This document shows positions 50,400 through 62,109 of a stretch of 64,000 nt of DNA, piece by piece. The notes under the pieces are model-generated. The model had not been told where the DNA came from and did not search any database. It saw only the letters and a program-made list of their open reading frames with translations. The DNA lies in NCBI GenBank assembly GCA_030390025.1, contig CM059431.1, forward strand, positions 153,514,001-153,578,000, given 5' to 3'. Source of the stretch: Squalus acanthias. Its lineage: Eukaryota. Within the stretch, counting starts at the first letter, position 1; each line of letters starts with the position of its first letter. The translations under genes were made by a program, and so were the position numbers.

Positions 50400-53322
50400 A
50401 TAAAGTGACAAGAACTGCTATTAAACATGAGTTAAACTCTCTGTAGAGCAATACAATATGTCCTAACAAAACAGGGGAACTGGAGGCAATATTATGTTGC
50501 GATGAACCAGATATTGTAGGGAATACTTTGCCATGGCTAGAGAAAGCAGGACTGGGAATTAAACATTGCAGGGCATAACATATTTAGAAAAGAAAGAATG
50601 GGCAAAATAGGAAGTGGGTTAGCTCTGCTTATTAGAGATAACATAATGGCAGTAAAAACATGACAGAGTTATCAGTTAGACAGTAATAGAATACACGTGG
50701 ATAGAGATAAAAGATAATGAAAGTTCAATCACACTAGTAGAGGTAGTCTATAGACCACTAATGTTGGAAGAAGAAGAGATGAAGGAAGAAATAAGGAAAA
50801 AAGTTTGAAAAATTAGTTAAAAAAAAATATTAATGGGAAATTTAAACTGCCCCGAAATTAATTGTGCAGAAGAGGTAGGTGAAGCGGATAGGGGAATGGA
50901 GTTCCGACTATGTTCAAATGATTCCTTTCTAACCCAATATGTAAGAAGCTGAAAAGGGAGGATTAGCGACTGGATCGAGTAATGGGGAATGAACCAGAAC
51001 AGATAAGAGAAGAAAAAGTGGGGCAGTATCTAGGTAACAGTGACCGTAATATAATAATCTTTCAGCTAATAATTGAGAAGGACATAAGTATGATGACGAT
51101 CAAGGTAACAGATTGGAGAAAATGCGATTGTGAGGGGCTGATAATAGAACTTGGAAAATAAAATGTACAGCGATATAGGCAAGCAATGATGTAGAACAAC
51201 AATGGGAAACATTTAAAACGGTATTCAGCAGAGTGCAGGAAAATATATTCTACTAAAAATCAAGAACAAGCTAAACACTAATGAGACGCCATGGATGAAT
51301 AAAGGCAAACGAAAAAAAATTGAGGATAAAAAAAGAGGCAAACACTAAGAAAATGGACAATAGGTGAGATAATGGCAAGGAAGAATACAAAGAGATAGGA
51401 GAGAAGTCAAACAAAGTAGGAATGCAAAGGGGAACTATGCGATTAAATTTGCAAGGAACATAAAGCAATGTAATAAAATATTCTGCAGGCACATAAATAA
51501 AAAAGGAAATTCGAGATGGGAATAGGGCCGTTAAGGAACGGCCAGTATTAAATCACAGGCAGCGATAGCGAAATGCCAGAAATATTATGTACTTACTTTA
51601 TTTCTGTATTTACCAGGGAGACGGTCAGGTAGACGTGACATCTGAAGATGAGATTAGAAATGATATAACCGCATTTAAAATTTAAAAGGAGAAATATTAG
51701 ATCAACTAATCAAACTCAAACAGGATAAATACGCTGCTCCAGCCGAATTACATCCACGCATTTTAAAGAAATCTAGGGAAGCGATAGAAGAGGCACTATT
51801 ACACATATTTAATAATTCGTTCGAAAAAGGTATAGTGCAAAAGGACTGGTGGATTGCTAACGTAATACCTATATTTAAGAAGGGATATGGAACATGTCCG
51901 TGGGACTATAGTTAATTCAGCTTAACATCGGTGGAAGGAAAATTAATGGAATCCCTACTAAAGGAAAAAATAGAAGAACATCTCGAAGAGCAAAAATCTA
52001 ATCATGAATAGTCAGCATGCGTTTCAAAAGAAAATGTCTTGTTTGAGCACACTATTTGAATTCTTTGAAGAGGTAACATAGAGCGTAGACAAGCTTTGAG
52101 TAGTTGACGTAATTTATCAAGATTTCAAAAAAGTCTTCGATAAAGAACTACATGACAGACTGATGAAAAATGTCAGAGAATGCAGAGTCAGGTGACAAGT
52201 AGCAGAATGGATAGCGAGCTGGTTTCAAGACAGAAATCAGTGAATAGGGGTAAAGATTAGCTATACGTAGCGGCAGAATGTGGAAAGTGGGTTCACACAA
52301 TGTTCAGTGCATGGGACCATGTTTGTTCATAATTTATGTTAACAATTTAGACTTTGGAATCAAAAACTCAATTTCTAAATTGTCGGATGTCACCAAATTG
52401 GTGGGGGTGGGGGGCTGTGATAGTCAGTACTAAGGAGGACTGCAACAAATTACAAGAAGACATTAATAAACTTGCAGAATGGGCATATAATTGGCAAATG
52501 AATTTCAACACAGAAAAATGGGAGGTATTACATTTTGGTCAGTAAAATAAGGAGATCACATATTACTTGGGAAATAAGAATCTAAATGGGATAGAAGAGC
52601 ATAGCGATCTTGGATTACACATACACGAATCACTGAAACTAGCAACACTGGTTTTCAAAAGCTAGCGACGCATAAAAAAGCAAACCCAGCACTAGGGTTT
52701 ATTTCGAGAAGGATATCATTGAAAAGTAGAGAATTATGCTAAACCTGTATCTAACCTTAGTAATACCACACTTGGAGAACACTGTACAATGCTGGACTCC
52801 ATATTATTAAAAAGATTTACAGGCACTGGAGAGGGTGCAAAAAAGATTTACAAGGATGATAGAAGAATTGCGAGGATATACCTATCAGGAAAGTATGAAC
52901 AGGCTGGGTCTCTTTTCTATTGAAAAGAGAAGGCTGAGAGGTGACCTAATAGAGGGCTTTAAAATATGGAAAGGTTTTGATATAGATTAGAATCAGAGAG
53001 AATGTTTCCACTGGTGGGGAAGAGCAAAACTTAAGGCCGTCAATATAAGATAGTCACCAAGAAATCAAATACGGAATTCATAAGAAAGTTCTTACCAATA
53101 GAATGTGAGGATGTGAACCTCGCTATCACAGGGAGTGGTTCTAGCAAACAGTATAGACACCTTTAAAGGGAGGCTAGATAAGAAAAGGAGGGAGAAGGGA
53201 ATATAGGTTTGTGCTGATAGAGTTAGATCAGGAAAGATGAAAGGAGGCTCGAGTGGAGCTTAAACGCCGACATGGACTGGTTGGGCCGAATGGTCTGTTT
53301 CTGTGCTGTATCTCCTAAGTAA
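50400..53322 (+). mobile_element. Old AT-rich CR1 ORF2 with 3' tail, heavily mutated
   Basis: Recognisable APE and RT remnants (LQEDINKLAEWAYNWQMNFNTEKWEVLHFG); 3' hairpin ttgggccgaatggtctgtttctgtgctgta. Confidence 0.82.
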
Positions 53323-55610
53323 ACCGCTTTCATCTCCAAGAGAAAGCAACCAATTAACTATCTTAACTACACTTACCTGACTTGCACTAGATTGCGAATT
53401 GATGCCAGGATGAGATTTTTGGCGAGTTGTGCCCAGGTGATTTACGTTAAGACGGAACGGGACAGAATAGAAAGAAGCAGACTGCTGCTATTATTTGAGG
53501 GATCTGGAACTAACGACTATAGATTAAAAAATGGACTGAAGAGATTTAGAACGGATGTTCGGAGACTTCTCTTTAAATGGAGAGTGGTGAAGCTGTGAAA
53601 TTAACAGAGGCAGAAATTATGTCAATATTGGAGACTAATTGTACAGATGGATGAACAAAAATAGGTTGAAGTGATGTTGAGACCGGGCGGATAAAGTGAT
53701 TGGAACAATTTGATCGGCTGAAGGGTAAACGCTGAGAAGGTCTGCTTGGGTTAAACAGTTGTTTCCCCTCTCATAACATTCCACCATTTTGTTGACCAGT
53801 TGAGATTTTCAGTAAATATCTGTGAACAAAGATGTCTAATGTCACATTGACGAGACAAGTTCCTACTGTCTCCATCATTAGATACTGATCAGGAGACAGA
53901 GCCCCGTTCTATTGGTCCAGGAGACAATGGGGGGGCGGAGTCTGATGGGGAGTCCAGCGCCTGCAACATTCAAACCAAGATTACAGATTTACAAATAAGC
54001 ATGATTTCAAAACCCTTCGATATGTCCAAACTAAAGGAATGTCTATCTGTTAATTAAACTGAGCGTCTCCTTCCAGTAGCTGCTGTGTGAGGCAGTTAAC
54101 GCTGACGCACACATGTTCTACTCCACTGTTGAAGCTCAATCATGACGGTTCTCTTTGAATCTTGAGCGGGCAGGGCGCTGTTTTAGCGGGAATCGATTAT
54201 GTTCACACGGGGAAAGAAGCAGACATCAAACACCCGGCACAAATTGGGAAAATATGTCCTGAAACCTGCTCATTTTCACAAGAACAATCCGCTTTTGTCC
54301 CAAGGGAAAAAATGGCATTCTAAAACGGAACACGGGCTGTAATTGAGCTCTAGTTAGGACAGGAAGCTATGCTTTAATTCTTAATTTTATTAACCAATAT
54401 CAGAATCAATGTCCAAGGAGATTTCACCATCTTCACCAACTCTTGCCTGAATTTGGTTTGTGTCGCTGCATAAATGCAGGTGTTTGTACAGGAACTCAAA
54501 TACATGAGCATATATCCACTTTCAGCCAGGATGTAAGCAGGGTTTTCAAACTCACCTTTGTAATAAACGGACAGACTGTCAGTGATGAAGCTAATGGCAG
54601 ATGTGAACCACAACAGTATAAAACTGCCCGATACAGTGAACAGTAAAATGATGGATTTCCTCCGGCTCTCCATCTCTGGATCGCTCTGATTCTCATTGCA
54701 GTGACCCCGGAGTGCCCTGCGAGCCCTACTGCTTACTACAATTCGTCTGACTGTCAAACAATTAAACAATAATATCAAAGCAACAGCAAACCATGGAACT
54801 AAAATAATTTGAATGCGGAAATAGGCTATGGCTGCAGGCGATGATTAAAAGGCTTCATTGGCGCGGCATCCCCAGGAAACATTGTTAATGATTCGTTGAG
54901 ATTCATAAGAGAAAGCAAAGGGGATATTCTCTATACAGGCCAGCACAAGGACTGTTGTTAAAACTGCTGCCGCAGTTCTCACTGTGCAATACTTTGCTTT
55001 AAACTTCTGACAACATATAGTTACAAATCGGTCAAAAGTGAAAAAGACTGTAAACCACACCGACATATCCAGGGTGACGGTATTGATGTAATGAATGGAC
55101 TTACACACGGCAGTGTAGGACAGGAATGAATGCGGAAAGTGGTTACAGAAAATCTGAAACACCAGTATATGGAAGATGATGACCAGTGGATCTGCGGTCG
55201 CCATGGCCACCATGAAGACCGAGATACATTTGGAAAGGCCACAATTTCCTCTGGAGAGAATCAGGATTGTCAGTAGGTTCGCTGTAAGGAAGAGGCAGAA
55301 GAGGTCAGTAACGGGGATACTCAGATAAATCTCACAGCATATTGTGGGGAAATGCTCAGATGTGTCCCTACTTGGCGTCACGTACACTGATTTGTTGCCA
55401 TATAGGCGAGTGCTGAGGAGATTTGATTTAAAAGGAAAGAAACATTGAAGATTCAGTATGGAGTGACTGAAAATCCGAGTCCCTTCCACCATACTTCAGA
55501 CAGTGGCTAAATATAATTTCGCAGCAATTACTGGAAATATATGGATTCAATAAAATATTCAGCTGTTGGGTGTAGGTAGCTGCAGTCCGAGCAATTATCA
55601 ACTTAAAATA

Positions 55611-55840
55611 TGAGAAGTCGCACAACACCAGGTTATAGTCCAACAGTTTTATTTGAAATCACAAGCTTTCGGAGCGCTGCTCCTTCGTCAGGTGAAGTAA
55701 AGGGCCTTGACTTCACCTGACGAAGGAGCAGCGCTCCGAAAGCTTGTGCTTTCCAATAAAACTGTTGGACTATCACCTGGTGTTGTGCGACTTCTCACAT
55801 TTGTCCACCCCAGTCCAACACCGGCATCTCCACATCATGG
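55611..55840. mobile_element. Palindromic Penelope terminal-repeat insertion with two opposed hammerhead ribozyme motifs
   Basis: 88-bp inverted arms 55611-55698 and 55710-55797; each carries cacCTGACGAaggagcagcgctccGAAAgcttgtg; flanked by direct repeat caacttaaaata (55599-55610, 55841-55852). Confidence 0.9.
55714..55748 (+). ncRNA. Minimal type I hammerhead ribozyme (mirror copy on minus strand at ~55660-55694)
   Basis: Stem I cac/gtg, CUGACGA core, stem II ggagc/gctcc, GAAA, palindromic AAGCTT in place of stem III. Confidence 0.8.
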
Positions 55841-56317
55841 CAACTTAAAATAGACAGGGAACCACGGTACAAATGAAGTGATTACTAGGGACACTAAGCA
55901 ACACATTCTGTACTGGACTATGTACTGTTGGAGGGGCCGGGGAATCACTCTCGCCTCAGTGAAGAGAGGGAATTTGAGTGCCCCGTGCCCAAGATCTACC
56001 GGACAGAATAGCGCCTAACCGGCAGGGCGAACAGGTAGGATTCCCGCTGATATTCACCAAATTATGCCGGTGGATAAGTGACTCTGCAATGAGACCCATC
56101 ACGGAATCAGTTACATAATCATTAACAGTGAGATCGTCATCAGCTATTAAACAACAGGATGCATTGACTTACCGAGAACACCAAAGACAACGAGAAAATG
56201 ATAGTATATGTCCTTTATCTGTAGAATTATTGGCCTTGCCATTTTCAGAAGGCTGTGTGACTTCTGTCCTGCTTTACGGTTCCGACTGCGTGTATCTGAG
56301 ATCCGTAAATGCTCCCC

Positions 56318-56324
56318 CTTTATA
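56318..56324 (-). promoter_or_regulatory. TATA box of GPCR gene B
   Basis: TATAAAG followed by a G run, 76 nt upstream of the ATG at 56242. Confidence 0.6.
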
Positions 56325-56644
56325 GAACAGTCCGTGCCCTGGTGAGAAAACCAGGTTACACAAATATGGATCTTAGTTACAGTCACTTAACAAACAAAGG
56401 GCGATTTTCCGCTTCAGTGCGCCCGGGCCACAATTGAAAAGTTCAGTCCATGAAACACCGTCCATTAAAATCAATGAAAGGGAGTTAATCCCAGTGGGAA
56501 TGCGCTCTGCGCCCGCCGAGTGAACCCTAAAGGGAACATCTCTCCAAATCCCTGTGTTAGCATCTTGGGCCTCACATAATTTGGTGAAACATTCTCTCAT
56601 CATTACATAATAAACGCTTCAACTTCACTGTTGTAGAACTTATT

Positions 56645-59600
56645 GTAACATTACTGTTGATGTCTCTGCTCTAACATTAATGGTAGTGACTCTACTCTAA
56701 CATTACTGGTGGTGACTCTACTCTAACATTACTGGTGGTGACTCTACTCTAACATTACTGGTGGTGATTCTACTCTAACTTTACTGGTGGTGACTCCACT
56801 CTAACATTACTGGTGGTGATACTACTCTAACATTACTGGTGGTGATCCTAGTCTAACATTACAGGTGGTGACCCTACTCTAACATTACTGGTGGTGACCC
56901 TAGTCTAACATTACTGGTGGTGACACTACTCTAACATTACTGGTGGTGACCCTACTCTTGCATTACTGGTGGTGAGTCTACTCTAACATTACTGGTTGTA
57001 ACCCTCGTCTAACATTACTGGTGGTGACTCTGCACTAACATTACTGGTGGTGATCCTAGTCTAACATTGCTGGTGGTGACATTACTCTAGCATTACTGGT
57101 GGTGCCCCTACACTTTCATTACTGGTAGTGCCCCTACTCTAACCTAAGACGTGCTGCCGCTTCACTTAACATTACTGTGGATGACTATACTCCAACATTA
57201 CTGGTGGTGACCCTACACGAACATTAATGGTGGTGACCCTACTCTAACATAACTGGTGGTGCCCCTACTCTAACATTACTGGTGGTGACCCTACTCTAAC
57301 ATAACTGGTGGTGCCCCTACTCTAACATTACTGGTGGTGCCCCTACACTAACATTACTGGTGGTGCCCCTACTCTAACATGACAGGTGTTGCCCCTACTC
57401 TAACATTACTGGTGGTGACTCTACTCTAACATTACTGGTGGTGACTCTACTCTAACATTACTGGTGGTGACTTTACTCTAACATTACTGGTGGTGACTCT
57501 ACTCTAACATTACTGGTGGTGACTTTACTCTAACATTACTGGTGGTGACTCTACTCTAACATTACTGGTGGTGATTCTACTCTAACTTTACTGGTGGTGA
57601 CTCTACTCTAACATTACTGGTGGTGATTCTACTCTAACATTACTGGTGGTGAATCTACTCTAACATTACTGGTGGTGACTCTACTCTAACATTACTGGTG
57701 GTGACTCTAATCGAACATTACCGGTGGTGACCCTACTCTAACATTACTGGTGGTGACCCTACTCTAACATTACTGGTGGTGACTCTACTCTAACAGTACT
57801 GGTGGTGACTCTACTCGAACATTAGTGGTGGTGACTCTACTCGAACATTACTGGTGGTGACCCTACTCTAACATTACTGGTGGTGACCCTACTCTAACAT
57901 TACTGGTGGTGACTCTACTCTAACATTACTGGTGGTGACTCTACTCTAACATTACTGGTGGTGACCCTACTCTAACATTACTGGTGGTGACTCTACTCTA
58001 ACATTACTGGTGGTGACTCTACTATAACATTATTGGTGGTGACTCTACTCGAACATTACGGGTGGTGACCCTACTCTAACATTACTGGTGGTGACTCTAC
58101 TCTAACAGTACTGGTGGTGACTCTACTCGAACATTAGTGGTGGTGACTCTACTCGAACATTACTGGTGGTGACCCTACTCTAACATTACTGGTGGTGACT
58201 CTACTCTAACATTACTGGTGGTGACTCTACTATAACATTATTGGTGGTGACTCTACTCGAACATTACTGGTGGTGACACTACTCGAACATCACTGGTGGT
58301 GACTCTAATCGAACATTACCGGTGGTGACCCTACTCTAACATTACTGGTGGTGACCCTACTCTAACATTACTGGTGGTGACTCTACTCTAACAGTACTGG
58401 TGGTGACCCTACTCTAACATTACTGGTGGTGACACTACTCGAACATTACTGGTGGTGACTCTACTTTAACATTACAAGTGGTGACTCTACTCGAACATTA
58501 CAAGTGGTGACCCTACTCTAACATTACTGGTGGTGACCCTACTCTAACATTACTGGTGGTAACTCTACTCTAACATTACTGGTGGTGAATCTACTCGAAC
58601 ATTACTGGTGGTGACTCTACTCGAACATTACTGGTGTTGAATTTTAAAGTTTACGGTTTTCCATGCAGACTGCAGCATTTGACACATTAGACCCCCTGTG
58701 ACCTCATTGTCTCAGTCGTATCTTGCTCTGTCTTTGATGTGTTGCCTTCCTGTCTGACCTGATTGTTTCTCTGCCGAGGTGTGACTAAAGGCAGTCAGGA
58801 GGATTAAATGTAGTCGTCTGACATTGTACGCTACACATGCATTGTTCTCTGTCTATATATGCTTTGTCGGTTCGTATTCCTTTACTTCACCTGACGAAGG
58901 GGCAGCAGCTCCGAAAGCTTGTGATTTCAAATAAAACTTTTGGACTATAACCTGGAGTTGTGCGACTTCTCACTTTTGTCCACCCCAGTCCATCACCGGC
59001 ATCTCCTCATCGTTACTGGTGGTGACACTGCTCTACCATTACTGCTGGTGACTCTACTCTATCATTACTGGTGGTGACTCTACTCTGACATTACTGGTGG
59101 TGACTCTACTATAACATTACTGGTGGTGACTCTACTCTAACATTACTGTTGGTTTCTCTACCCTAACATTACTGGTGCTGACTCTACTCTAACATTACTG
59201 TAGTGACCCTCCTCTAACATTACTGTTGGAGACACTACTCTAACATTACTGGTGGTGACCCTAGTCTAACATTACTGGTGGTGACCCTACTCTAACATTA
59301 CTGGTGGTGATTCGACTTTGACATTACTGGTGTTGACGCTACTCTACCATTACTGGTGGTGAATCTACTCTAACATTATTGCTGGTGACTCTGCTCTAAC
59401 ATTACTCGGGGTGACTTGACTCCACCATTACTGGTAGTGACCTACACTAACATTACTGGTGGTGACTCTACTCTAACAATACTGGTGGTGGCTCTAAACT
59501 AACATTACTTATAGTGACTCTACTCAAACATAACTGTTGGAGAGACTTCTCTAACATTACTAGTTGTGACGCTACTCTAACATTACTGGCGGTGGCTCTA

Positions 59601-59975
59601 CACTAACATTACTGGTGGTGACTCTACACTAACATTACTGTTACACCAATAATGCTGGAATAGGATCACCACCAGTAAAGTTAGAGTAGAGTCACCACCA
59701 GTAATGTTAGTGTCGAGTCACCACCAGAAATGTTAGATTGGAGTCACCACCAGTAATGTGAGAGTCGAGTCACCACCAGTAATGTTAGTGTAGAGCCACT
59801 GCCAGTAATGTTAGAGTAGCATCACAACAGTGGTGACTAGACTCTAACATTACTGGTAGTGACCCTACTCTAACATTACTGGTGGTGACCCAATTCGAAC
59901 ATTACAGGTGGTGACGCTTCTCTAGCATTGCTGGTGATGACCCTACAGTAACATTACTGTAGGTGACTCTACTGT
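56645..59975. repeat. 26-bp minisatellite (ctctaacattactggtggtgactcta), with a Penelope insertion and an internal inversion
   Basis: More than 100 tandem units, period 26; inverted block at ~59644-59831. Confidence 0.95.
58640..59011 (+). mobile_element. Penelope 3'UTR/terminal repeat with hammerhead motif
   Basis: acttcacCTGACGAaggggcagcagctccGAAAgcttgtg...ccggcatctcc is nearly identical to 55710-55836. Confidence 0.85.
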
Positions 59976-59979
59976 ATCA

Positions 59980-61035
59980 TAAGTTCCGCCATTCAATAAT
60001 ATCATGGCTGATCTTGTACCTCATCTCCACTTTCCTGCACTATCCCCATATCCATTGAATGCATTAATATTCAGAATCTATCGATCTCTGTCTTGAATAT
60101 ACTGAAAGACTGAACCTCCACAGCGCAATCCAATTCCAAACATTCACCATCCTCTGAGTGAAAAAATATCTCCTCATCTCAGGCCTAAATGGTCGACCCT
60201 TTATTCTGAGACTTTAACCCGGGTTCCATACTCCCCAGCTAGGGGAAACATTCTCCCTGCATCTACCCTGTCAAGTCCTGTAAGAATGTTGTATGTTTCA
60301 ATGAGATCACCTCTCATTCTTCGAAACTCTAGAGAATATAGGCCTAGTCTACTTAATCTCACCGCATAGGACAATGCCCCCATCCTCAGAGCCATTCTCG
60401 TGAATCTTCGTTGCGCTCCCTCTATGGTAAATATATCCTTCCTTAGGTAAGGAGAACAAAACTGTACACAATACTCCAGGTTTGGTCTCACCAGGGCCCC
60501 ATATAATTGCAGTAAGACGTTATACTCAATACCTTTTGCAATATAGTCCAACATATCCAAATTGCTTACTGTACCTGCTTGTTAACTTTCAGTGATTCTT
60601 GTACAAGGACAGCCCGTTCCCTCTGAACACCAACATTTTCCAATCTCTTATAATTTAAAAAAATTCTCTGATTTTCTTTTTTCCTCCCAATGTGGATAAC
60701 TTCATATTTCTCATCATTATATTCCTATTGCCATGTGCTTGCTAATTCACTTAACCTGTCTATATCCCCTTGAAGCCTTCTTGCATCCTCCTTCCAACTT
60801 ACAATCACCCAGCTTTGTATCATCAGCAAATCTGGATATATTACATTGGTCCCATCATCAAAATAATTGAAATAGATTGTGAATTGCTGAGGCCCAAGCA
60901 CTGATCCTTGCGGTACGCCACCAGTTACAGACTGCCAACCCGTTTATTCCTGCTCTCTGTTTTCTGTCCGTTAACCAATTCTCAATCCATGAAAGTAAAA
61001 TACAAGCAATTCGATGAGCCCTAATTTTGTTTATA
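59980..61035 (-). mobile_element. 5'-truncated CR1 LINE
   Basis: LVRPNLEYCVQF...EFRRMRGDLIETY. Confidence 0.85.
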
Positions 61036-61039
61036 GACT

Positions 61040-62105
61040 CACAGGGTCATAACGGCACATAAGGAGGACATTGGGCCCAACGAGTCCGTGCCGGCTCTCT
61101 GTAGAGCAATCCAGTCACTCCCAGTCCCCCGCTTATCCCTGTAGCCCTGCAAAATTATTTCCCTCAAGTGCCTATCCAGTCTCCCCTTGAAAACATTGAG
61201 TGTCTCCGCTTCCACCACTTTCGTCGGCAGCGAATTCCAGGTCATCACCATTCGCTGTGTACATTTTTTTCCTCACATCACCCCTGTATCTCTTGCCCAA
61301 AGCTTGAAATCTGTGTCCCCTAGTCCTTGTACTATCAACTAGTGCGAACAGCCTTTTCCCCACCAGTCTATCCACACCCGTCATTATCTTGTACATCTCT
61401 ATCAAATCACCCCTCAACCTCCTTTGCTCTAATGTAAACAAATCCATCTTCTCCAACATGTCCTTGTAGCTAAGATTCCTCCATCCACGGAACCATTCTG
61501 GTAAAACTCCGCTGCACCCTCTCAAGTGAAATCCAGGCTTCCTAAAGTGTGGTAACCAGACATGGACGCAATATTCCAGTTGTGGCCTAACCAGCGCTCT
61601 ATAAAGTGTCAGCATAACATCTCTCGCTTTGTACACAATACCACTACTTATGAAGCCCAAGGTCCCATATGCTTTGTTAACCACTCTCTCATTATGTCCT
61701 GCAACCTTCAGGGACCTATGCAGATTAACTGCCAGGACCCTCTGGCCCTGCACACTCTTTAAAAATGTGCCATTATCAGTATATTGCCTCTCCCTGTTGC
61801 TTGTGCCAAATAATGCATCACCTCACACTTCTCTTTATTACATTTCATCTGCCACTTGGCTGTCCATTCTGCCAGCTTTTCCATAGCCTGCTGCAGTTGA
61901 TTGATATCATCATCAATGCTTGCCATACCCCCAAGCTTGGTGTCATCGGAAAAATTTAGAAGTTCTACTCTGTAATCGAATAACCAGGTCATTTATATAT
62001 ATCAAAAATGCAGTGGCCCCGGCACCGACCATTGGCGAACACCACTGTCTATCATCCTGCAGACTGTAAAATATCCATTGACCACAACTCGCTGTTTATT
62101 GTCCT
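61040..62105 (-). mobile_element. 5'-truncated CR1 LINE, different subfamily
   Basis: FSDDTKLGG, LVRPQLEYCV, EQRRLRGDLIEMYK; 3' hairpin at 61045-61110. Confidence 0.85.
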
Positions 62106-62109
62106 TAAA

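Larger units (their letters stand above)
54374..56242 (-). pseudogene. GPR139/GPR142-like class A GPCR, gene B; two exons, one in-frame stop
   Basis: Exon 1 56242-56173 (MARPIILQIKDIYYHFLVVFGVL plus G) then GTAAGT; intron 56172-55282 ending ccttacAG; exon 2 55281-54374 (ANLLTILILSRGNCGLSK...FTFDRFVTIC...SSCTNTCIYAATQTKFRQ); TAA at 54845-54847 in ECL2 with the frame preserved after it. Confidence 0.9.

Noticed and set aside
54845..54847. Programmed readthrough or selenocysteine at the gene B internal stop
   Set aside because: The codon is TAA, not TGA; no readthrough context or SECIS was recognised; a nonsense mutation is simpler
55282..55492. N-terminal extension MVEGTRIF... of gene B in the ORF track
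   Set aside because: Intronic read-through upstream of the AG acceptor at 55282-55283; the true TM1 exon is 56173-56242
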